DNA of 7,787 nt from Paraspadella gotoi (GCA_051294375.1 JBJCIZ010001083.1:1-7787); one strand, 5' to 3'. Numbered from the stretch's first letter, positions 1-7,669 are shown. The notes: generated by a model not told the origin, from the letters alone. Numbers and translations are program-made.

Positions 1-2419
1 CTCCTCGAGAAGAGAGCCTTATATTGAAAAAACTACCGCTATGCCAGGAAGAGCACGATTCTATTGCAAGAAAAACAACTAATTCACGGATCTTTTCCTC
101 TATATCTAGAATCTACTACTCTCTCTTATATCTCTGAAAAGATAGACATTATGTGTAACGATCGTCTCGTGTCTAGAGTTTCTAATTCTGGCAAAAGTTG
201 GTTGATAACTAGTATTTTATCCTATAAATCTGTCATATACGAATAGAAACTATCCAAAAAACGCAGTAAATGCAACACAAAGAGGATATATATTAGAAAA
301 AGATACCAGTGGCAAATAACTATAGGAGTTAATATCAAGTGTGATCTTCATCAAGTTGCGGGCATGGAACATGTGGATAGTCGTTAGTATGAGAAGTGCA
401 ATAACGTCGTATATATATATATTAGAGAGATCAGTGGGAGTTAGATACGGTAATGAGTATGACGGAACGTAGCTCGAGACGCACGTGGTAAAGTACATCA
501 AACATAAAAAGGCAAATAAACGAAATCAAGCCACAAACAAAGACGCTAAAGATATGACAATCACACCACAAAATCAATTGGTTTGGTTCAAATAGATATA
601 AGAAAATCCATAATTATTATTTTATAAATAACTGGACACAAGAAAATCGAGGAAAAAAAAATGCAGTAAAAATTTAAAGTATGGAAACGGCAAAAAAAGA
701 AAATTTACACGAACGCGAGATGTTTGTTTTAAAATATGGGGCTTGGGAAATGACCAATAGATTTATATTAGAGATAGATTATACTCTCTCGCCTTCGCTC
801 AACGGTAGATTCTCGCTAATTTGTGCAGAACGACTGTGATCGTTGCGATACACGATATGTACCATGCAAATTCAAAACGCAAATAATACAAAGACATAAC
901 AACAAATTAATTACCATATAATACAATTACTATTAGTTAAAAAATTACTCATCTGACACTACATACTCACTTCCACTTCGATCACTGTTACTACCCGAGT
1001 TCTCGAGCGCATACGTCAACAATCTGCTCGCTCGTTGCTCAGCCAGCAGAACGCAGAGAAGGAAAGAGAAAGTACAGAGTGACGAGAACGTGATCTCGCA
1101 GAGAGAAAAGCTGACACGCATGGCTCGCTCACGGCTGGAGGCGGAACTCTGTCTCTGACACTCTCTGGCTGCTGCCAGTTACTCCATGCGCTTCCGACTT
1201 GCGAATTGTCCTGAGATGAGGATTGAAAAAAAAGAAGATTCGAAAAAAAAGAGAGTATCAGAGTAGAGATGCAGGATAAGGGCAGTGCGCACTCGCTACT
1301 GTCAGAGTAGCACATCTACTCTGACGATGCTCGACGCATCAAGATATTGCAGATGTCAAGAGAGGAGAGAGAGATACGAGATGACGCAGGACGAGAGGAG
1401 AAAGGCTATGGAAGCCTGGAATGAACAGACGACTTGCAGACGGGGTGCGGGAGTAGTAAAGCAGAATATATGAGAAAAACAAGGCATACCTAAATAATAT
1501 AATTGCGGCGTTGTTTCATAAACACATTGAATAGATGTCTCCACCGATAATAGAAAATCTCGGATGTTTATGAAATTAGTCAGCTTGAAGTCTTTGTAGT
1601 GAAGAAGAAAAGCCGTCGCATATATATAGAAAGTAGTGGCGATAAGTAAAAGTTTTAGAAAGGATATACAACCAGATACACTTCAGCACGCCTTAATTTC
1701 TTCTTCTCTATAAAGAGACGGAAATCGCACTACATGATAAGAATGAAATATTGGTAAAATAGAGGATTTGTCTCACACAGTCATAGTCAAATCACAGACG
1801 CAGAATAAGAGAGAAAGGAACAAAGCTGGACCAGTCATGACTGGAAAGGCCGCTGCAGGTCACTGGCAGAGCTGAACTCGTCGCTTTCTAAAAATTTTAT
1901 TTTTGTTTTAAAAAGAGAGCAAAGAAAATATATTATAATTTAAAGAAATAAAGAAAGGCAAAAATGATGTTACAATTGTTTACAATTGGAATTTTTCCAA
2001 TTTTTTCCAATCGCAGCTTGTAAAGAGATTTAATTATATATTTGTATTAAAATTAAGATATAGCTTCTCATTAAAAAAATCCTTTGAGTTCCGCTTTTTA
2101 TTAAAAATTTTATAATAAATTTTTTGAATTTCATCTTCAATATTATATATGTGCAATATGTAATTAGATTAAAAGCATTTATATACTAATTTGGATAGTT
2201 ATACATGAGTACTTTTAATCTTGCATTTGCATATCTGCAGTATGATCATAATGAAGTGGAAATTCAAACAAAAAATACTTAAATCCAAATGTAATATGAA
2301 AAATATCACACTATTTCAAGATGAAAAGCCATATCTAAATTTTTAACTTACTATGATCGCACACTTTTGTAAAAACTTTATCATAATTCATAATAATTTT
2401 TTATTTAAAAAAAAACGGT

Positions 2420-2575
2420 AAGTCACAGCCAACCTATAAAAGCGTAGTAGTTTTTATATATGAAAACAGCGTGACGGACGACGACGACGACGACGAACGA
2501 CTACGTCACAAGAGAAGCAACCCTAAAACATTATAAGAGCCTGACCCGGCTTCGCCGGTCAAGGCTCGATAAAAA
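2420..2575 (-). mobile_element. 5' end of a Helentron-associated/DINE-1-like (HINE) element, truncated
   Basis: Minus strand reads TTTTT-ATCGAGCC, then hairpin GAGCCT..CGGCGAAGCCG..AGGCTC (2537-2567), then a (GTC)n/GTCCGTC microsatellite (2473-2496). This is the DINE-1/HINE layout. Left boundary is uncertain. Confidence 0.65.
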
Positions 2576-2793
2576 TCGTTGTTCCATCCAAAACTGTCTT
2601 TCCTAATTCAGAATTAATATTATTTCATTATTAGTTGTTGAAGAGACATCATATGCACACGCACAGGAGTTAATGATTTAGTATTAACCATATAAACTTT
2701 TTTTTTGAAAAGAAAAAAAAATATTTAGTATTAGGCAATTCGTGGTGGGATTTATAAGTATAATTTTCTTACTTTTTTGCCAACATTTTGATT

Positions 2794-2931
2794 CTTATGA
2801 ACTAATCATTTTTAAAGGCAGTCCAGAGTAAAAGTAAATTGTTCCAGAAAAAGTCAGGTAGAGAGAGAGAGAGAGAAAGAGAGAGAAACAAAATACAAAA
2901 GAACTGCCTTGAAAAATGATTTGTTCATAAG
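2794..2931. mobile_element. MITE-like element, 31-bp terminal inverted repeats with internal (GA)n
   Basis: CTTATGAACTAATCATTTTTAAAGGCAGTCC (2794-2824) versus the reverse complement of 2901-2931: 28/31 identical. TA on the right and TT on the left, so the TSD is unclear. Confidence 0.75.
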
Positions 2932-3039
2932 TAGAAACCCACTATGAAATTAATTTCAATAGGGGCGGGGGTTCAAAACTTTAGTCTTGAAGTCTACTTT
3001 TAGGTAAAAAAAAATTTATTCAAAAAGTTCGATTTTAAT

Positions 3040-3081
3040 GTCTCTCTGGAGGCGTGGGTTCGAATCCCACCACTGTCACCA
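3040..3081 (+). pseudogene. 3' half of tRNA-Leu including encoded CCA
   Basis: GTCTC-TCTG-GAGGC long variable arm, GTGGG-TTCGAAT-CCCAC T arm, CACTGTC-A-CCA acceptor 3' strand. Nearly identical to animal tRNA-Leu 3' halves as recalled. No D or anticodon arm upstream. Confidence 0.9.
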
Positions 3082-3084
3082 CAT

Positions 3085-3420
3085 TTAAGGAAAAACTCAT
3101 GGATTTCTATGGACGAAATCAAGAAGAAGTTTTATTCTGAGAATAAAGGTGACGGTGAGACGCGCGCAGGAGTCTTGATCAATTCTACTGAAACTAGAAC
3201 AAGCTAAGTCTATTTATATCTTGGGAAGAGGATCGGCAACGTGGGTAAAATTTACAATTCAATGATTCTGCAAGCTGATTGGTCGATTCCGTTCGTGCTT
3301 GACCAATCAAGATTCGGCGATTCCATTTCGCCCGAGCCTCCGATCCGATTCGATTTTGGTGGCTTGATACTCCTGCGATGATGCTTTTATTGTTGCTATT
3401 AAAATTACAATATTACTATA
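3085..3420 (-). mobile_element. Probable LTR of a tRNA-Leu-primed retroelement (decayed termini)
   Basis: Minus-strand order is inverted CCAAT pair (3301-3309, 3276-3284), TATAAATA (3211-3218), AATAAA (3131-3136), then TGGTGACAGTGGTGGGAT (Leu PBS). The region is GC-richer than its flanks. Termini are not canonical TG/CA, so boundaries are approximate. Confidence 0.6.
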
Positions 3421-4113
3421 TAATGATAAAAATTTTTTTTAATCAATCTTAACTTTTTTGATGGATTCTGATAGAGCATAAAAAGTTAAATGAAAAATTT
3501 AACTACAACTTTCAAAAATATTTATGTTTTCTTGGTCAAAATTAAAAAAAAGTAATAAAATTATCGAAAAATGATGATGATGATGATTATAAATAGTTTT
3601 TCATATTTTTTACATACTTATGATCAAAATATCGAAAAAAGAATTATACTTTGTGTAGCCTTTCCTATTTATAAATAAATATTAAAAAATTAATATATGG
3701 AGTATGGAATAATATAAAAAACTTGTCTATTCAATTTTTTTTAAAAATGTCTAAATTTTCGTTTGAGCAGGTGCTTAATTCAATTTCTTAACCACCTTAC
3801 AGAGTTAGTCTCCCCCTATCATAAGAATCAAAATATTAGCATGAAAGTAATAAAAATGAACTTGTAAATTCTATTATGAATTGCTTAATACTAAATATTT
3901 GTTATTCCTTGTCAAAACCAAAAAATATTTAATAATTTTATATTGCTATATTATTTATTATAATGAAACTTGATATGATATACTCAAGGTTTGAATAAGA
4001 GTCGTCTTACTTCTAAAACCCTTGGGACTAAAGTTAAATGAAACTAAATAGAAAAAAACTAATTAATAAAGTTTATACAGCTTATTAAAACTGATCTTAA
4101 ATTTGTATCAGAT

Positions 4114-4390
4114 TTTAAACAGTGAACATGTTTCAACTTTTAATTCAAGTCTTCATACGCATTTATGAATTGTCAACAGTTTTTTACTTCACAAGAAATA
4201 TTTGGGAGAGAGAGGAGAGAAAGGAAGAGAGAGTGAGAATTAGGTGAGAGTAATGGAAGAGTGAGAGAGAGAAAGAGAGAGAGAAAAATTTTCAACAGAG
4301 ATTTGAGAAAAGGTCGAGGTGAAGATAGGTTAGGTTTAGGCCAGAAAGAGAGAGATAGATATTGAAAAAAAAACATTTTCACTGTTTAAA
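4114..4390. mobile_element. MITE-like element with CAGTG...CACTG ends flanked by TTTAAA, internal GA-rich sequence
   Basis: TTTAAACAGTGAACATGTTT (4114-4133) versus AAACATTTTCACTGTTTAAA (4371-4390): 19/20 inverted match. Confidence 0.7.
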
Positions 4391-5137
4391 GAAAAATCGT
4401 TGCTTGAACTACTTCAAACTCTTTCTAATTCAAAAACGCGATGAAAGAAAGGATTTCACATAATGGTATAAATGATGATATTGCTGGATTAAAGGTTTTT
4501 TTTAAGGAAAAGAAAAGAAAATTATAAATCTGATTAACTTTTTGATGCATGTTTCTCTTCTCCTTCACCTGGAAAAACTTAAAAATAGGGTATTCCCTCT
4601 AAAGATTTACATAAAACTTTATGAAAAAAGGGTCTAACTTCCGACTATGGTTTTTGAGCAAAAAAATGGTATGCCAGTAAAAAAATTACTGATGAAAAAA
4701 ATTAATTTAGTAAAAGGTATAAAAAATTAAAACCAGGAATTGTTAAAATTAGCAAAGTCTCATTAATTAAATTTAATTGAAATGAAATTTTGAATATTTA
4801 CATTTAAAGTTAAAAGTCCTTTGGCTATTAAAAATAATTGATAAATATGATAGGATTTTTTTATGATATGGATGATAATCCTTTGTGATAAAGCTGTCAT
4901 ATAACAGTAAAAAACCATTAGCAGTCAGAATAGATCAAAAACCTTTAATAATACATATTTAATTGATTATCGAGCACTATTTCCGGTTTGGGACACGCCC
5001 ACTATTGATGAAAACCATTTTTTGAACATTTTTTGTCTAAGTACTACTTATTAAATAATTGTACTAATTGCAGGATAAGTAAAAAACAACTGACTAACTT
5101 TTCATTTGTAGTAAACAGAAAAAATTCATATTGTAGT

Positions 5138-5356
5138 TGCAGGGGTACATAATTATATTTCATTGACAGTAAACAGATACAAGGAGATGTGTACATGAAG
5201 AGATCGAATATTGCGACTGTAACCAGAGAATGGGACACCGGCTAAGAAAGAGAGAGGGAGAGAGAGAGAGAGAGAGTCAGTAACCGGCTTTCCTTTCCAC
5301 TAAACATAGTGGCCAGCTGGGGTCAACCCCGTGGCGACGAAACCGTCGTCGCCACA
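5138..5356 (-). repeat. 3' LTR (219 bp)
   Basis: Minus strand reads TGTGGCGACG...TACCCCTGCA. It is preceded on the minus strand by the PPT and contains a (GA)n tract and a terminal 10-bp hairpin GTGGCGACGA/TCGTCGCCAC. Confidence 0.93.
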
Positions 5357-5370
5357 TCCCCGCCCCCCGC
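5357..5370 (-). other. Polypurine tract
   Basis: Minus strand GCGGGGGGCGGGGA lies directly before the TG of the 3' LTR. Confidence 0.85.
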
Positions 5371-5630
5371 GAAAAGTCAGAATGACTTTCTTCTTTTGGT
5401 GGATGGCGTGACTGTTTGGGGGCGTAGGCTGGAGGGTGACTACTTGAAAAAGTCCGCGCATACTTGTGACGAGGCGCTGCTGGCCGAGAAAAAGGCGGAG
5501 CTGCGCAAACAGCGGCGTAGGTTCGTGGAGGCGGTGCTGACTTTAAAGGCGCGGAAAAGGAAGTCGGCTGTGATGACCATGGAGGTGGCGGATCCCACCA
5601 AGGAAGTCGCGGAGCCTGCGGAGATGTTGG

Positions 5631-5684
5631 AGCCGGCCGAGATGGCGGAAATGGCCGAGATGGCGGAGCCGGCCGAGAGGGTGG
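5631..5684 (-). repeat. 3 x 18-bp coding tandem repeat (PPSRPA/PPSRPF/PPSRPA)
   Basis: Visible in both the DNA (GGCCGAGATGGCGG units) and the translation. Confidence 0.9.
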
Positions 5685-5885
5685 AATCTGCCGACATTGC
5701 AGAGCCGTCCTGGAAGGCGTTGGATGCGTTGGTATAACTCCAAGGTCGCGACGGACGGCGCGTATAGCTGAAATAGCCACGCCAATGAGACGGTGAAAGT
5801 CCTTGCTCAGAGACGAAGCCGACAGCCGCGCTGCATTGAGGACATCGATAGCGGCCGTCATGGCGTCGGCGGCATTTACTTTGCC

Positions 5886-6101
5886 GTCGAATTTTGTCTG
5901 TGTTGCAGCATCAACTGATGTCTGGTCTTCTGTTGCAACTTCGGCGTTGACCATGAGTTTGTCTTCTGTCGTACAAGCGGCGTCTTTGCACTTGATAGCA
6001 TTAGTGAGAGTGGAGGCGTTTTTGTAGATAATGGAATTAGTTGCGGTAGAGGCGTGAACTGTTGTAAAAGCATTTGTGGAGGTTGAGACTTCTCTTGTAT
6101 T
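5886..6101 (-). repeat. Six degenerate 36-bp/12-aa coding repeats ending in T-x-T-like motifs
   Basis: NTREVSTSTNAF / TTVHASTATNSI / IYKNASTLTNAI / KCKDAACTTEDK / LMVNAEVATEDQ / TSVDAATQTKFD. Confidence 0.75.
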
Positions 6102-6386
6102 TGACGGGCGCCAACCAGGAGGGGGTGCTTTCACCAGGGACTTGAATGATGCTGGTGCTGATACGAGAGGCGCCGCATTTCTTATTTATTTTTGCAAGAA
6201 GATGACGTCATAAAAGTTATTCATTTCTTCCTCCGAATTGAATGCAAAAACGAAGTTTATAGTCCCAGCGTCGTCGATGATTTTTATATCCGTCATTTGG
6301 GAAGTAAACCTTAATTTGTTCGAGATTTCGACGTTGCGCTCGCATTTTCCGTTACGTAACCCATCGCTGATGAAATAAATATATTT

Positions 6387-6620
6387 TGAAGAGACAGTAA
6401 TTATTTTTATGTGTTAGTGACAGAACCGTTCAATATAAGCAGTCCCTGAGCTTCGGATCAGGCTGTAACACCGTGTTAGAGGCGGGTTAAGCGCTCCGTC
6501 CCTCTTAACTGCTAGGCGGCCACCGGGCTAGAACCCCGGACCTTTGGGTTGGCAGGTGAATGACTTGCCTCCGGCACCAATGGCCGCTGATGAACGATGG
6601 GTGGATTTTAGTCCACCATA
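6387..6620 (-). mobile_element. Nested 234-bp solo-LTR-like insertion containing a tRNA-derived sequence (Helenus/Pol III-TRIM-like)
   Basis: Absent from paralogous ORF copy 1. Flanked by a 4-bp ATTT duplication (6383-6386, 6621-6624). Minus-strand ends are TATGGTGG...TCTCTTCA (TG>TA...CA). No poly-A tail. Confidence 0.85.
6515..6587 (-). pseudogene. tRNA-like module (possibly Gly-GCC derived), degenerate; A/B-box-like Pol III promoter
   Basis: 73 nt with a perfect 7-bp acceptor stem GCGGCCA/TGGCCGC, A-box-like TGGTGCCGGAGG, loop CTGCCAA, variable region AGGTC and T arm CCGGG-GTTCTAG-CCCGG. The anticodon stem does not pair, so it is not a functional tRNA. Confidence 0.75.
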
Positions 6621-6723
6621 ATTTATTACCGGTCAGGCTTTTGACAATTCTTAGTAGACCGGTGAATAAGGCTTTATCGTTTCCCACTTTGAACATAAGA
6701 ATGCCGTCGACCAAGTGAACATG

Positions 6724-6733
6724 NNNNNNNNNN
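6724..6733. other. Assembly gap (10 N, true size unknown)
   Basis: Run of n between the two ORF copies. Confidence 1.
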
Positions 6734-7291
6734 ATTAGTCACTAATTTAGTGAGAGTGGAGGCGTTTTTGTAGACAATGGAATTAGTTGTAGTAGAGGCA
6801 TGAACTGTTGTAAAAGCGATAGTGGAGGTTGAGCCTTCTCTTGTATTTGATGGCCGCCAACCAGGAGGGGGTTCTTTCACAAGGGACGCGAGTGATGCTG
6901 GTGCAGGTACAGTTCCTGGTATGAGAGGCACTGCCATCGTTGATTTTGCCGTATTTGTTATTGTTTTTTGCAAGAAGATGACGTCGTAAAAGTTTTTCAT
7001 TTCACTCTCAGAATTGAATGCGAAAACAAAGTTTATAGTCTTTGCGTCGTCGATGATTTTCATATCCGTCATTTGGGAAGAAAACCTTAAGTTTTTAGAG
7101 ATTTTGACTTTACGCTCGCATTTTCCGTTCTGAAGCCCATCGCTGATGAAATTAATGTATTTATTACCAGAGAAATCTTTGACGACTCTTAACAGACCGG
7201 TGAATACGGCTTTGTTGTTTCCCACTTTGGTCATGAGAATTCCGTCGACAAAATGTACATGTGCCACAAAAAGTTCGGTCGTATTTTCCAT
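6734..7291 (-). CDS. Element ORF copy 1 (5' part, runs into the assembly gap): divergent WH1/EVH1-like (PH-fold) domain at aa ~1-109, then Pro-rich linker and start of the TxT repeat array
   Basis: ATG at 7291 in AAAAATGG context, ~30 nt after the PBS; open to the gap. TGLLRVVKD..KY....GLQNG...FAFNSESEMKNFYDVI aligns by eye with WASP WH1 (CGAVCFVKD..SY...GLQAG...LNFADEDEAQAFRALV). Comparison with copy 2 shows many synonymous changes and in-frame indels. Confidence 0.8.
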
Positions 7292-7322
7292 TTTTAATTT
7301 GTTTCAGAAGGGTTTCCACGGA

Positions 7323-7340
7323 TTCTCGTCGGGCTCACCA
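7323..7340 (-). other. Primer-binding site, best resembling the 3' end of tRNA-Trp
   Basis: Minus strand TGGTGAGCCCGACGAGAA starts with TGG (complement of CCA), 4 nt after the LTR's CA. Plus strand TTCTCGTCGGGCTCACCA resembles the animal tRNA-Trp 3' end (ATCACGTCGGGGTCACCA, from memory). The isoacceptor call is less certain than the PBS call. Confidence 0.85.
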
Positions 7341-7344
7341 GTTA

Positions 7345-7455
7345 TGTAGGGGTGCATAATTATATTTCATTGACAGTAAACAGATTCAAGGAGATGTGTA
7401 CATGAAGAGATCGAATATTGCGACTGTAACCAGAGAACGGGACACCGGCTAAGAA

Positions 7456-7493
<38 letters not shown>

Positions 7494-7576
7494 TCAGTAG
7501 CCGGCTTTCCTTGCGACCACTAAACATAGTGGCCAGCTGGGGTCAACCCCGTGGCGACGAAACCGGCGTCGCCACA
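7345..7576 (-). repeat. 5' LTR (232 bp)
   Basis: Minus strand reads TGTGGCGACG...CACCCCTACA. It matches 5138-5356 apart from about 6 substitutions, one small indel and (GA)n length. It is followed by the PBS. Confidence 0.93.
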
Positions 7577-7669
7577 TAGTCCACGCCAACTTCCGGTAAA
7601 TTGTGCGTAGGTCTAATGCAAAATCTGATTGACGACACCTTGTTAATCGTTTTAAGCACTTAAAATTAT

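Larger units (their letters stand above)
5277..6723 (-). pseudogene. Element ORF copy 2: WH1-like domain + 12-aa TxT repeats + helical segment + Pro-rich tail; disrupted
   Basis: Removing 6387-6620 and one ATTT restores HVHLVDGILMFKVGNDKALFTGLLRIVKSLTGNKYIYFISDGLRNGKCERNVEISNKLRFTSQMTDIKIIDDAGTINFVFAFNSEEEMNNFYDVIFLQK. An in-frame TAA follows at 6186-6188, then the same frame continues into the 285-aa ORF (6134-5277), which stops inside the 3' LTR. Confidence 0.85.
5138..7576 (-). mobile_element. LTR retroelement, apparently non-autonomous (no gag/pol visible; contains a 10-N gap), probably mobilised by a Ty3/gypsy-type partner
   Basis: Direct repeats at 5138-5356 and 7345-7576, each TG...CA. 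Identical TAGT lies immediately outside both ends (5134-5137, 7577-7580). The PBS starts 4 nt inside the right LTR and the PPT abuts the left LTR, both in minus orientation. Confidence 0.93.

Noticed and set aside
205-780. Possible Helitron (minus-strand TCTATCTCTAATATAAAT at ~778; ACTAG at ~208)
   Set aside because: No GC-rich subterminal hairpin next to the CTAG, and the motifs are too short for AT-rich DNA.
64-1544. Short ORFs 64-246, 250-501, 1016-1315, 1285-1473 and 1356-1544
   Set aside because: Short, low-complexity or non-ATG, with no recognisable motifs. Spliced exons cannot be excluded but none is supported.
1831-1844. Perfect 14-bp palindrome CCAGTCATGACTGG
   Set aside because: Isolated, with no supporting context; could be chance.
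3040-3081. Functional tRNA gene or phage-type att site
   Set aside because: The 5' half is missing, the sequence context is eukaryotic and no integrase is nearby.
4173-4382. 69-aa Leu/Ser-rich minus ORF
   Set aside because: Translation of the (TC)n microsatellite inside a MITE.
4969-5005. ATCGAGCA plus TTCCGG/CACGCCCAC motifs resembling a HINE subterminal repeat, echoed at 7581-7597
   Set aside because: Matches are too short and no terminal hairpin was found, so I cannot support an older element as the LTR's target.
5310-5350. Possible hammerhead ribozyme (retrozyme) in the LTR because of GACGAAAC
   Set aside because: No CUGANGA core at the required position. CTGATGA occurrences at ~6367, 6587 and 7144 lack a stem II-GAAA partner, and two are explained by coding sequence.
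5309-5737. 142-aa + strand ORF with AEPAEM repeats and a basic helical stretch
   Set aside because: Antisense shadow of the GC-rich Pro-rich minus ORF. It starts inside the LTR at a non-ATG codon, and its repeats mirror PPSRPA. No independent support.
6505-6714. 69-aa minus ORF
   Set aside because: It is the N-terminus of ORF copy 2 reading into the nested insertion, not a separate gene.
6674-6733. C-terminus CSLGRRHSYVQSGKR of the 205-aa ORF call
   Set aside because: Artefact of translating across the N-gap into copy 2 out of frame.
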